From Firmicutes bacterium UBA3567 (GTDB lineage Bacteria > Bacillota > Thermosediminibacteria > Koleobacterales > UBA3567): DNA of 39,202 nt. How positions within the stretch are numbered: the first letter of the stretch is position 1; each line of letters begins with the position of its first letter. The position numbers and the translations under genes are program-made. Positions 27,114-36,205 of the stretch are shown one piece after another. Location of the stretch: NCBI GenBank assembly GCA_002376045.1, contig DFNM01000225.1, positions 1 through 39,202 on the forward strand, in the 5' to 3' direction. The notes beneath the pieces are model-generated. The model did not search any database. It was not told the origin of the DNA and saw nothing but the letters and a program-made list of their open reading frames with translations.

Positions 27114-28225
27114 TGTTGCTGATCTTTAAAACTCCTGCAGGAGACCATGTTTACCGCTACAATAAAGCAGTCGTAGTTTGTTTCAAAGGAAAGCGAAAAG
27201 TCCTCAGCACATCACCTGCTAATGGTGGATACAGAGAAGATCTAACAGCAGTTTTTAACCATGACATCAATCCAGGAGCAGGTATGGCCTGTAAATTAAA
27301 GGCTTCTACATATTCAGAACATTTAGCCATAACTGCGGAAGAGCTGGGCCTTGACCGAGAATGCACGGCCGGAATGGGCACAGCTGCTTCAATGAATAAC
27401 CTCGCAATTAAGACGCAAAGCCATAGAAATTTTGCAGTAACAGCTATTGTTACGGCAGGGATTGACATAAATGGCAGCAGAGCTGGGGACCCTGCTTGCT
27501 ATGAAGAAAAGGAGAACAACCCTAAAAAGCCTGTTGCTGAAACTATTAACATCATTTTAGAAATCAATGCGAATATTCCCCCTCATGCTCTAGTGAGAGC
27601 TTTAGTTACTTCTACTGAAGCCAAATCTGCTGCTTTACAAGAATTGATGGCAGGGAGCAACTATTCAACAGGTTTAGCTACCGGTTCAGGAACTGATGGT
27701 GTAATTTTGATCAGCAATGCTGATTCATCAGTTAACTTGACTGATACCGGACATCATTCCAAATTAGGAGAGTTAATAGGTGTAGTTGTAAAGAGTGCCG
27801 TTAAGGAAGCCCTTTATAAAGAAACAAAGCTTTCCCCTGGATCTCAACACAGTATGCTGAAAAGGTTCAAACGATACGGCTTGGATGAAGAGGTTGTCTG
27901 GCGAGAATATTTGAAACTGAGGGAAGATGAAAACATAGTGAAGCTGTGCAAACCAGCTTTCATTCACAATATTCACTTATTAGATAAACGGGATGTTTTA
28001 GTTACTTTTTGTTCTTTGTATATTCATCTTTTAGACCAAGTAGGTTGGCAGCTATTAAGTGAGGATGAAGCGCGAAAGGCAGCAGCAGTTATTTTAGCGA
28101 GCATAAAAAAAGAACTCGACGTAGAGGAGAAGAAAAAGCAGCTTCTTTCTGGCGGAAAAAACTTTTTTGAAGAAATGATGGCTTGTTTTGCACGAGTTAT
28201 AGCACAAGCAGCAGCGGCTATGTGA
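27110..28225 (+). CDS. cbiZ: adenosylcobinamide amidohydrolase with a C-terminal extension
   Basis: ATG at 27110 after AAGGGGG, overlapping the upstream stop. The CbiZ signature KVLSTSPANGGY is in the N-terminal part. Roughly 130 extra C-terminal residues (from about SPGSQHSMLKRF onward) lie beyond the region I recognise as CbiZ. Confidence 0.75.
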   Translation: MMLLIFKTPAGDHVYRYNKAVVVCFKGKRKVLSTSPANGGYREDLTAVFNHDINPGAGMACKLKASTYSEHLAITAEELGLDRECTAGMGTAASMNNLAIKTQSHRNFAVTAIVTAGIDINGSRAGDPACYEEKENNPKKPVAETINIILEINANIPPHALVRALVTSTEAKSAALQELMAGSNYSTGLATGSGTDGVILISNADSSVNLTDTGHHSKLGELIGVVVKSAVKEALYKETKLSPGSQHSMLKRFKRYGLDEEVVWREYLKLREDENIVKLCKPAFIHNIHLLDKRDVLVTFCSLYIHLLDQVGWQLLSEDEARKAAAVILASIKKELDVEEKKKQLLSGGKNFFEEMMACFARVIAQAAAAM

Positions 28226-28287
28226 GTGAGTGAAATACGGCATAGGTTCTCTATCAAACTCAAAGGATTCAGGAGGAAATTCAAAAA

Positions 28288-29106
28288 ATGAAGCTTATAT
28301 CTCTTGCCCCTTCTTGCACCGAGACCCTATTTTACTTGGGCCTGGGGGAAAAAGTTATTGGGGTAACTGAACAGTGTAATTACCCTGAAGAGGCAAAGGA
28401 AAAAGAAAAAATAGGTAGCTTTGCCTGCCCTGATATAAAAAAAATTGTTTCACTCAAACCTGATCTAATAATAACATGCGGCAAAATTCATGAGAAATTT
28501 CTGGGTGAATTTCGAAAACATGATATAGCCGTATTCGATTTCGCCCCTGAGAGTGTTAAAGATACCCTTGACAGGATGGAGAAGCTGGGTAGAATTTGTG
28601 GTCAAGATACAGCTTGCGGGGTGTTGGTGGATGCTTTACGTCAAAGGATTAATAAAGCGATTGGGAAAATTCCCGAAAGAGCCTCTTCCCCGCGGGTTTT
28701 CCGGCTGATAAGGATGATGAATAGGAAACAGATGTTTACTCCGTGTCCAGGTTCCTACCAGTATGATGCTATTCTTGTCAGCGGAGGAAAACCCATGCCT
28801 TTTGCTGTAGAAACAAGTTATGCGAAAGTTAGCCTTGAAAAGGTGATCGAATTCAACCCAGAAATAATCATAAGCTGTGGCAGGAAAAAAGGAGAGAAAC
28901 CAAAACCGAAATGCAAGGGATGCAGCCTGGATAATCCGATATGTCAGCAGGAAATAGAAGAGATCTACAGCTGGAAAGAATGGTGTGAAATCAGCGCTGT
29001 CAAGAAGCGTCAGGTTTTTGCCCTTCCGTGCAGAACCATCTGTCGTCCGGGACCTAATGTAGCCGATTTAGTAGAAAGGCTGGTGCGGATTTTTTATTTA
29101 GAATAG
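28288..29106 (+). CDS. signal-peptide-less, cysteine-rich BtuF/TroA-like binding protein (cytosolic periplasmic-binding-protein homolog)
   Basis: AGGAGG RBS. MKLISLAPSCTETLFYLGLGEKVIGVTE matches the N-terminus of a mature BtuF-like domain, with no leader or lipobox. 14 Cys in 272 aa, including KPKCKGCSLDNPIC and LPCRTIC. Confidence 0.7.
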   Translation: MKLISLAPSCTETLFYLGLGEKVIGVTEQCNYPEEAKEKEKIGSFACPDIKKIVSLKPDLIITCGKIHEKFLGEFRKHDIAVFDFAPESVKDTLDRMEKLGRICGQDTACGVLVDALRQRINKAIGKIPERASSPRVFRLIRMMNRKQMFTPCPGSYQYDAILVSGGKPMPFAVETSYAKVSLEKVIEFNPEIIISCGRKKGEKPKPKCKGCSLDNPICQQEIEEIYSWKEWCEISAVKKRQVFALPCRTICRPGPNVADLVERLVRIFYLE

Positions 29107-29125
29107 CAGAGGAGGGGGGTTACAC

Positions 29126-32100
29126 ATGCTGAAGCTTGCTTTTTTTAGTGCCATAGAGAGCGAATTGGCTGTGCTCAGCAAAGCGGTTAGGAAAATCAGG
29201 GCTGAAAAAGGTAAAATAATTGAGGTTCAAGGAAGGACGAGGGAAGACCTTGAGGACGGCGAAAAAAAAGACAGATTTCTAAGTTTTGCGCAGAAAGCGG
29301 ATGTTTTAATTGTTTGTCTTCATGGAGGGAAAAGCAGCTGTCCCGGGTTTGATCTTATAATTGATGCCTTACCGCCGGCAGTTAAAGTGCATATTCAGCC
29401 TTCTACTGTTGAAGAGGTTGAAATCGTTACCAAGTATAACACTGTTAGCACTGAAGATAGCAAAAAAATATCCCACTACTTGAGATATGGTGGTGAAAAC
29501 AACTTTGTTAATTTGCTCTTGTTTTTGAGCAACAGATTTCGCGGGACAGCCTACAAGGTCGCTGAACCCCAACCATTACCCTGGGAAGGCATATACCATC
29601 CAGATTTTGACAGCATCCCTGCTTTAGAAGATTACTGCCGGAAAAAGCACTTTCCTGATCGTCCTACAGTAGGACTTTGGTTTCACAGGAGTCACTGGGT
29701 GAATATGAACACAGATTTTGTAGATGCAATCGTCCGAGAAATTGAAAAACAAGGAGCAAATGCATTACCGGTCTTTTTGACCGTCCTGAAGGATGTAGAT
29801 TTAGGGAACAAAGGTGCCAGAGAAGTAGCAGATGCTTTTTTCATGAGGGATGGCAAACCGATTATCGATGTTTTGATAAGTGTTATGATGTTTTCCAGCA
29901 CTATGCAAGTGAAAAAATCGGAGATTGTTGATGGAGAAAACAAAGGATTCCTTGAAAAATTGGGAGTGCCGGTAATCCAAGCCATAGCATCTTTGAATCC
30001 CATGGAAGAGTGGGAAAAAACACTTCAAGGTTTGAATCCTATAGATGTAGCAATGAGCATTGCCATGCCTGAGTTTGACGGAAACCTGATTACTGTCCCG
30101 GCTGCATTCAAAGGTTTGGTAGCGGTAGATCCATTGACTGGTGCAAAAATCGTAAAATACAGACCACATCCGGAACGCATATCAAAGATAGTGCGATTGA
30201 GTCTCAACTGGGCGAAGCTTAGGTTTATACCCAATTCAGAAAAAAAAGTGGCCATAATCTTCCACAACTATCCTCCCCGCAATGATACCATTGGTTCTGC
30301 CTTTGGCCTTGATTCTCCTGCTTCTGTGTGGAATATTTTGAAATCACTGCAAAAGCACGGATACAAATTGGATTATCTTCCTGAAGACAGCCAGACAATG
30401 ATGGAAGAGATATTATCGTGCCTTACTAATGACCGTAGGTGGGCAAGTGTAGAAGAGATGGTTGAAAAGGCAGCAGGGAAAATAACCTCTAGTGATTACA
30501 ACAAATGGTTCAAAAAATTGCCAGACGGAGTACAAACTCAAATGGTCGAAAAATGGGGGAACCCACCAGGAAGCGTGTTTTGTTATGAGGACAACCTCTT
30601 AATCCCTGGAATCATAAATGGCAATGTTTTCATCGGAATACAGCCACCTCGTGGTTTTCTGGAGGATTCAGCCAGTATTTATCACAGCCCCGACCTGCCC
30701 ATTCCCCACCACTACTATGCATACTATGAATGGATCAGGAATGTGTTCGGTGCCCATGTGGTTATCCATGTCGGGAAACACGGTTCTCTGGAATGGCTTC
30801 CCGGAAAATCCGTTGGGCTGTCCGCTAACTGTTATCCAGATATCGCCATTTCAGATTTGCCTAACATCTATCCCTATATTATCAACAATCCTGGTGAAGG
30901 CACCCAAGCCAAAAGGCGAAGCTACTGCTGTATTATTGACCACTTGGTGCCAGTCATGCATAATGCGGACACGTATGATGAATTGGCCGAGCTGGAATCC
31001 CAACTGGAGGAATACTACCAGGCAAAAACCCTTAATCCGAGTAAACTGCCGCTTCTCGAACAGCTTATCTGGGAAAAAGTTTGTGAAGCTAAACTGCACT
31101 TTGATTTAGGTTTTAAAACAGAAAAAATGCCGAAAGAATTTGACACTTTTTTAAAAGATCTGCACGGCTACCTGAGCGAAATTAAAGATACTCAGATTCG
31201 GGATGGGCTGCATGTGTTTGGTGAACCGCCGAGGGAAAAGCGATTGATAGAGTTTTTGGCTGCGCTTACTCGCCTGCCTAATGGCGATGTGCCATCTTTG
31301 CGGCAAGCACTGGCACAATTAAAAGGTTACAACCTGGATAACTTGTTGGCTGACAGGGGGCGGCTTAATCCCGATGGTAAAACTAATGGGCAGATAATAG
31401 AAGAAATACACTGCCTAGCATTAGAAGTCATATCGCATCTTGCAGAGACAGGATTCGATTCGAGGGAAATTCCGGCTGTGTGCAAAGAGGTGTTGGGGCA
31501 AAGCAGCAGGGATGTAGAAAAGGTTTTGAATTATGTGTGTTCTTCCTTGGTTCCGCGCATAGAAAAAACAACAGATGAGTTGTCCAGTGTCATGGATGCC
31601 CTTGGAGGGAGATTTGTTTCTCCTGGTCCTTCTGGAGCTCCTACTCGCGGTATGGCTCACATCCTGCCAACAGGAAGAAATTTTTATTCAGTTGATCCTA
31701 ATGCTATTCCCTCTCCTGCAGCCTGGAAAACTGGCACCAAACTTGCGACTGATTTGCTGGAGAGGTACTTAAAAGATGAAGGATGTTACCCTGAAAATGT
31801 TGGCATAGTCCTGTGGGGTACTCCTGCTATGCGGACCAAAGGTGAAGATATTGCAGAAGCTCTCTACCTAATGGGAGTAAAGCCTGTTTGGCAAAAAAAG
31901 AGCGGTTACGTAATAGGACTAGAAGCAATACCTATAGAAAAATTGGGAAGACCAAGGATAGATGTAACTTTTAGAATAAGTGATTTTTTTAGGGATGCAT
32001 TTCCAAATATTGTAGAACTTTTAGATGAGGCTGTTCAGATGGTGGCTTTTTTGGATGAGCCTCCTGAACAAAATTATATTGCCAAACATGTGCGAGAAGA

Positions 32101-32884
32101 GATTAAGAGTTTGGTAAGCGAAGGAATGAGTGAAAATCAGGCCAAAGAAGAGGCAAGCTACCGCATATTTGGTTGCAAACCAGGAGCTTACGGTGCCGGA
32201 ATAAATACTCTCATTGACTCTAAAGACTGGAAGAATGATAGCGACCTGGCAAAAGTATATGTTGTGTGGGGGGGATATGCTTATAGTTCAAAGAACTACG
32301 GCAAAAAACAACATGAAACTTTCAAACGAAGGTTGGCTGCAGTAGATGTGGCGGTTAAAAACACAGACACACGTGAATATGATATGATGGATAGTGATGA
32401 CTTTTATGCCTATCATGGTGGCATGATAGCTGCAGTAAGGGCTTTCAAAGGAGAGGCTCCTCGGGCTTTTATTGGGGACAGCTCGGATCCCGAACGGGTC
32501 AAAACCAGGAGCACTGCAGAAGAAGCCAAACATGTATTCCGCGCTCGCATTCTTAATCCCAAATGGATAGAAAGCATGAAGCGTCATGGGTATAAGGGAG
32601 CAGCTGATATTTCGCGAGCGGTTGATATTGCTTTTGGTTGGGATGCTACTGCTGAAGTAATGGATGATTGGATGTACGAGCAGTTGGCCGAGAAGTTTGC
32701 CCTGGATAAAGAGTTTGCTGATTGGTTAAAAGAAGTTAATCCATGGGCTTTACAAAATATTGCTGAACGCCTGCTAGAGGCTATCCAAAGGGGAATGTGG
32801 AAAGCGGACAAAGAGATGCATGAAAAACTAAGAAAAACTTACCTGGAGATAGAGGGAGAGCTAGAGGGTTTTGGAGAGCAATAG
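29126..32884 (+). CDS. cobN: CobN/Mg-chelatase-H family large chelatase subunit
   Basis: GAGGAGGGGGG RBS. 1252 aa. IHVGKHGSLEWLPGK, GEGTQAKRRS, and LPTGRNFYS are typical of CobN/BchH-family proteins. Confidence 0.9.
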   Translation: MLKLAFFSAIESELAVLSKAVRKIRAEKGKIIEVQGRTREDLEDGEKKDRFLSFAQKADVLIVCLHGGKSSCPGFDLIIDALPPAVKVHIQPSTVEEVEIVTKYNTVSTEDSKKISHYLRYGGENNFVNLLLFLSNRFRGTAYKVAEPQPLPWEGIYHPDFDSIPALEDYCRKKHFPDRPTVGLWFHRSHWVNMNTDFVDAIVREIEKQGANALPVFLTVLKDVDLGNKGAREVADAFFMRDGKPIIDVLISVMMFSSTMQVKKSEIVDGENKGFLEKLGVPVIQAIASLNPMEEWEKTLQGLNPIDVAMSIAMPEFDGNLITVPAAFKGLVAVDPLTGAKIVKYRPHPERISKIVRLSLNWAKLRFIPNSEKKVAIIFHNYPPRNDTIGSAFGLDSPASVWNILKSLQKHGYKLDYLPEDSQTMMEEILSCLTNDRRWASVEEMVEKAAGKITSSDYNKWFKKLPDGVQTQMVEKWGNPPGSVFCYEDNLLIPGIINGNVFIGIQPPRGFLEDSASIYHSPDLPIPHHYYAYYEWIRNVFGAHVVIHVGKHGSLEWLPGKSVGLSANCYPDIAISDLPNIYPYIINNPGEGTQAKRRSYCCIIDHLVPVMHNADTYDELAELESQLEEYYQAKTLNPSKLPLLEQLIWEKVCEAKLHFDLGFKTEKMPKEFDTFLKDLHGYLSEIKDTQIRDGLHVFGEPPREKRLIEFLAALTRLPNGDVPSLRQALAQLKGYNLDNLLADRGRLNPDGKTNGQIIEEIHCLALEVISHLAETGFDSREIPAVCKEVLGQSSRDVEKVLNYVCSSLVPRIEKTTDELSSVMDALGGRFVSPGPSGAPTRGMAHILPTGRNFYSVDPNAIPSPAAWKTGTKLATDLLERYLKDEGCYPENVGIVLWGTPAMRTKGEDIAEALYLMGVKPVWQKKSGYVIGLEAIPIEKLGRPRIDVTFRISDFFRDAFPNIVELLDEAVQMVAFLDEPPEQNYIAKHVREEIKSLVSEGMSENQAKEEASYRIFGCKPGAYGAGINTLIDSKDWKNDSDLAKVYVVWGGYAYSSKNYGKKQHETFKRRLAAVDVAVKNTDTREYDMMDSDDFYAYHGGMIAAVRAFKGEAPRAFIGDSSDPERVKTRSTAEEAKHVFRARILNPKWIESMKRHGYKGAADISRAVDIAFGWDATAEVMDDWMYEQLAEKFALDKEFADWLKEVNPWALQNIAERLLEAIQRGMWKADKEMHEKLRKTYLEIEGELEGFGEQ

Positions 32885-33104
32885 CGCACAAGGAAACAGC
32901 AAGCTGCTGTGTGCTCGATTACTGCGGCCGTGAACGGGTTTAAAGCACCGCATAAGTTCAACCTAAATTTATCAGCTGCAAAGGAACAATTCGATATCGG
33001 ATGGTTTTCATTTTTGTGATGGCATTGCAACGGCCGTATGCATGTGTTGCTTTAAAACAAATCAGTTTTGATTGTTAGTGATAGCAGAGAGGTAGGTGGT
33101 GCAG

Positions 33105-34139
33105 ATGGAAAAAACGGCAATATATCCCTTCACAGCTATTGTAGGGCAAGAGCCTATGAAAAAAGCTCTTATATTAAATGTAATAAATCCCACATTGGGC
33201 GGAGTGCTGATAAGAGGCGAGAAAGGCACTGCCAAGTCGACGGCAGTAAGAGCTGTAGCAGATCTGCTGCCTGAAATGGACCAGATAGAAGGCTGCATAT
33301 TCAGCTGTGATCCGGAAGATAAGAGCAAGATGTGCGAAGTGTGCCTTGAAAAAGTTGAAAAAGGGATAAAATTAAAGATTGTGAAAAAAAAGATGAAGGT
33401 TGTGGAACTTCCTGTGAGTGCCACGGAAGACAGAGTGGTAGGAACGCTGGATATTGAACATGCTATAAAAAAAGGTGAGAAAAAATTTGAACCTGGAATA
33501 CTCGCTCGAGCCAACAGAAACATATTGTATGTTGACGAGGTAAATCTGCTCGATGATCATGTGGTGGATGTGATATTGGATTCAGCAGCTATGGGGGTAA
33601 ACACGATTGAAAGGGAAGGGGTGTCTTATTCACATCCTGCTAGATTTGTGCTGGTGGGAACCATGAATCCTGAAGAGGGAGATCTCAGGCCACAGCTTCT
33701 TGACAGGTTTGGACTTGTAGTAGATGTAACTGGAGAAAAAAAGCCGGAGGATAGAGTTGAAATAATAAAGCGAAGATTGAATTTTGAAACAGATCCTCAT
33801 GGTTTTGGAAAAAATTTTGAACCCTTGCAGAGGGAACTGAGGCAAAAAATAATCGAAGCTCGAAAAAGACTCAGTGGAGTCAAATACAGTGATAAAATCC
33901 TGGAACTTATTGCAAAAATATGCGTAACAATGGGAGTAGATGGTCATAGGGCAGATATTACGATGTTGAAGACGGCGATAACGATAGCTGCTTTTAAGAA
34001 AAAGAACGAGATAGCACCTCAAGACGTAATTGAAGCAGCACATTTGGTGCTTCCGCACAGAATGAGAAAAAAACCTTTCGAAAAGGGAGTTTTAGATTTT
34101 TCGAAAGTTGAGGAGATAGCAAATGAATTTGCTGTTTAA
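33105..34139 (+). CDS. chlI: ChlI/BchI-type AAA+ chelatase ATPase subunit
   Basis: ATG at 33105, 8-9 nt after [20 protein letters not shown], Walker [10 protein letters not shown], Walker [32 protein letters not shown], and a Cys4 insertion [18 protein letters not shown]. Confidence 0.85.
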   Translation: MEKTAIYPFTAIVGQEPMKKALILNVINPTLGGVLIRGEKGTAKSTAVRAVADLLPEMDQIEGCIFSCDPEDKSKMCEVCLEKVEKGIKLKIVKKKMKVVELPVSATEDRVVGTLDIEHAIKKGEKKFEPGILARANRNILYVDEVNLLDDHVVDVILDSAAMGVNTIEREGVSYSHPARFVLVGTMNPEEGDLRPQLLDRFGLVVDVTGEKKPEDRVEIIKRRLNFETDPHGFGKNFEPLQRELRQKIIEARKRLSGVKYSDKILELIAKICVTMGVDGHRADITMLKTAITIAAFKKKNEIAPQDVIEAAHLVLPHRMRKKPFEKGVLDFSKVEEIANEFAV

Positions 34140-36087
34140 AAAATTTGTATATCCATTTTCTGCAGTTGTAGGACAAAAAAAACTTAAGACAGCCGTGATA
34201 CTAAATCTAATCAACCCCTCTATCGGTGGAGTTCTGATTAGCGGAGAAAAGGGCACCGCGAAATCCACGTTGGTCAGAGGCTTGGTGGCACTGGTTCCAG
34301 AGTTAGATATAATTGAAGTTCCATTAAACATTACTGAGGATAGACTAATAGGCACTATCGATATAGAAAAGGCTATAACAACTGGAAAAAGATACTTTGA
34401 ACCCGGCCTGCTGGCAAAAGCCCACGGCAATGTTCTTTACGTAGATGAAGTCAATCTATTGAGTGATAACATAGTTAATTGTCTTTTGGATGTTTGTCAA
34501 TCAGGTGTTAACAAAGTGGAAAGGGAAGGCATATCATACACCCATGAGGCTAGGTTTGTCCTTATAGGTACCATGAATCCAGAAGAAGGAATGCTGTCTA
34601 CCCAGTTTCTGGATAGATTTGGGATGTATGTTAAAACAGAAGGTTGTAATGATATATCAGAAAGAAAGGAAATCTTGAGGAGAAGAATGGAATATGAAAC
34701 AAATCCACAAAGATTTATTGCACGCTATGAAGCAGAAGCAAAAAAGCTGCAGCACGAAATTGCCATAGCAGCAAAGTTGCTTGAAACTATTGAAGTAGAT
34801 GATTCTATAATGCGGTTAGCAGCAGATATAGCAACACAGAAAAACTGTGCTGGTCATAGGGCAGATATAATTATGGTGGAAGCGGCCAAGGCATTGGCGG
34901 CGTGGAGACAAAGAAAGCATGTTACAATAAAAGATGTAATAGAAGTGGCTGAATTTGTTTTACCTCATCGTGCAAGAGAGATGTCGAATGCTGAATGGGG
35001 ACAAACTGGTCGTGAAGAAGGGGATCACGAAAAAAACAAGAACAACAGAGAAGAAAAAGGTAAAGCCTTACCTGATGAATCAGATGCAAAAAACGAAAAT
35101 TACAACAGCCGGCAGAGTAAAACAACAGCGTGCCCTGAGACGGGTAACAGTGCTGGTAACACGAAAAAAGAAGAAACCAGCAGGGCTAAGAACGGTAGAG
35201 CGGATGATACAGAACAATTTCTGGACAATATTAACAAGGATAATGTTCAACAACCAGAGAGCATTTTTAAAGTTATACCTATCAATGTTTCACCTATCGA
35301 TAGGATAAAGCGAAAAGGCAGTGGCAAGCGAACTAGCACAAAGTCAGAAACCCCTCGTGGTAGATATGTAAGATATAGATTTCCTGTGGACAGACCCAAG
35401 GATATTGCCTTTGATGCTACGCTAAGAGCGGCAGCGCCGTATCAAAACACAAGAGATAGAAGAGGTAATGCTGTTGCTATAGAAAAACAGGATTTTAGGG
35501 AAAAAGTGAGAGAAAAAAGGGTGGGAAACATCATACTATTTGTGGTGGATGCCAGCGGTTCCATGGGTGCTAGAGAGAGAATGAAGGTCACTAAAGGTGC
35601 TATACTTTCGCTTTTGAATGATGCTTACCAAAAAAGGGATATGGTGGGCATGGTCGCCTTCAGAAAGAACAAGGCAGAGGTTTTGCTAAACATAACCAGG
35701 AGTGTGGATTTGGCCATGAAATGCTTGAAGGATCTTCCTACAGGGGGCAGGACACCACTTTCCGCAGGTCTTCTGGTGGGATATGAGATATTGAAGGCAC
35801 GAAAAATAAAAGATCCAGAAATGGTGCCTTTATTTGTTCTTGTGTCCGATGGGCGGGCTAATGTATCTTTAAGTGGTGATGATCCTGTTAAGGAAGCAAA
35901 AGAAATTGCAGCGAGAATTGCAGCAGAAAAGATGAATCCGCTGGTAATAGATACAGAAGATGAGTTTTTAAGCCTTGGAATAGCCAAAGAAGTGGCTGAT
36001 GCTATGGGAGCAAGGTATTACAAAATAAACGACTTGAAGGCAGGAAACATAGAACACATTGTTAGGGAAATGAGTAACAGCAGATGA
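34123..36087 (+). CDS. chlD: ChlD/BchD-type chelatase subunit (AAA+ module, polar linker, vWA domain)
   Basis: 17-nt overlap with chlI. The N-terminal module is paralogous to ChlI ([27 protein letters not shown]). An E/K/N-rich linker covers about residues 290-400. The C-terminal vWA has [13 protein letters not shown]. Confidence 0.85.
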   Translation: MNLLFKKFVYPFSAVVGQKKLKTAVILNLINPSIGGVLISGEKGTAKSTLVRGLVALVPELDIIEVPLNITEDRLIGTIDIEKAITTGKRYFEPGLLAKAHGNVLYVDEVNLLSDNIVNCLLDVCQSGVNKVEREGISYTHEARFVLIGTMNPEEGMLSTQFLDRFGMYVKTEGCNDISERKEILRRRMEYETNPQRFIARYEAEAKKLQHEIAIAAKLLETIEVDDSIMRLAADIATQKNCAGHRADIIMVEAAKALAAWRQRKHVTIKDVIEVAEFVLPHRAREMSNAEWGQTGREEGDHEKNKNNREEKGKALPDESDAKNENYNSRQSKTTACPETGNSAGNTKKEETSRAKNGRADDTEQFLDNINKDNVQQPESIFKVIPINVSPIDRIKRKGSGKRTSTKSETPRGRYVRYRFPVDRPKDIAFDATLRAAAPYQNTRDRRGNAVAIEKQDFREKVREKRVGNIILFVVDASGSMGARERMKVTKGAILSLLNDAYQKRDMVGMVAFRKNKAEVLLNITRSVDLAMKCLKDLPTGGRTPLSAGLLVGYEILKARKIKDPEMVPLFVLVSDGRANVSLSGDDPVKEAKEIAARIAAEKMNPLVIDTEDEFLSLGIAKEVADAMGARYYKINDLKAGNIEHIVREMSNSR

Positions 36088-36170
36088 ATCACACTCCAAA
36101 GATGAAGGGGCAGAAATGCTGTAATTGCAATACGGACGCTCAACAATAGCGTACCGCTTATGGCAATATA

Positions 36171-36205
36171 TGGCCATAACCTCGGCACTTAGGCCAAATT
36201 TTTTT
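36171..36205 (+). terminator. weak terminator-like hairpin between chlD and the ABC-2 genes
   Basis: TGGCC (36171-36175) / GGCCA (36192-36196), with a 16-nt loop, followed by AATTTTTTT. The stem is short and the loop large, so at best it is leaky. Confidence 0.3.

Noticed and set aside
32909-33019. 36-codon GTG-initiated ORF (VCSITAAVNGFKAPHKFNLNLSAAKEQFDIGWFSFL) in the cobN-chlI spacer
   Set aside because: It has only a weak, distant RBS-like AAGGAAA and no recognisable motif. An ORF this short is expected by chance. It is kept only as a possibility under the spacer finding.
29369-34430. Numerous antisense and alternate-frame ORFs of 60-163 aa inside cobN, chlI and chlD (for example 30618..31109 +, 33062..33523 -, 34092..34430 -)
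   Set aside because: These are shadow ORFs within strongly supported long genes. They have no RBSs, and their compositions are typical of out-of-frame translation. The same applies to the antisense ORFs throughout the cbi genes.
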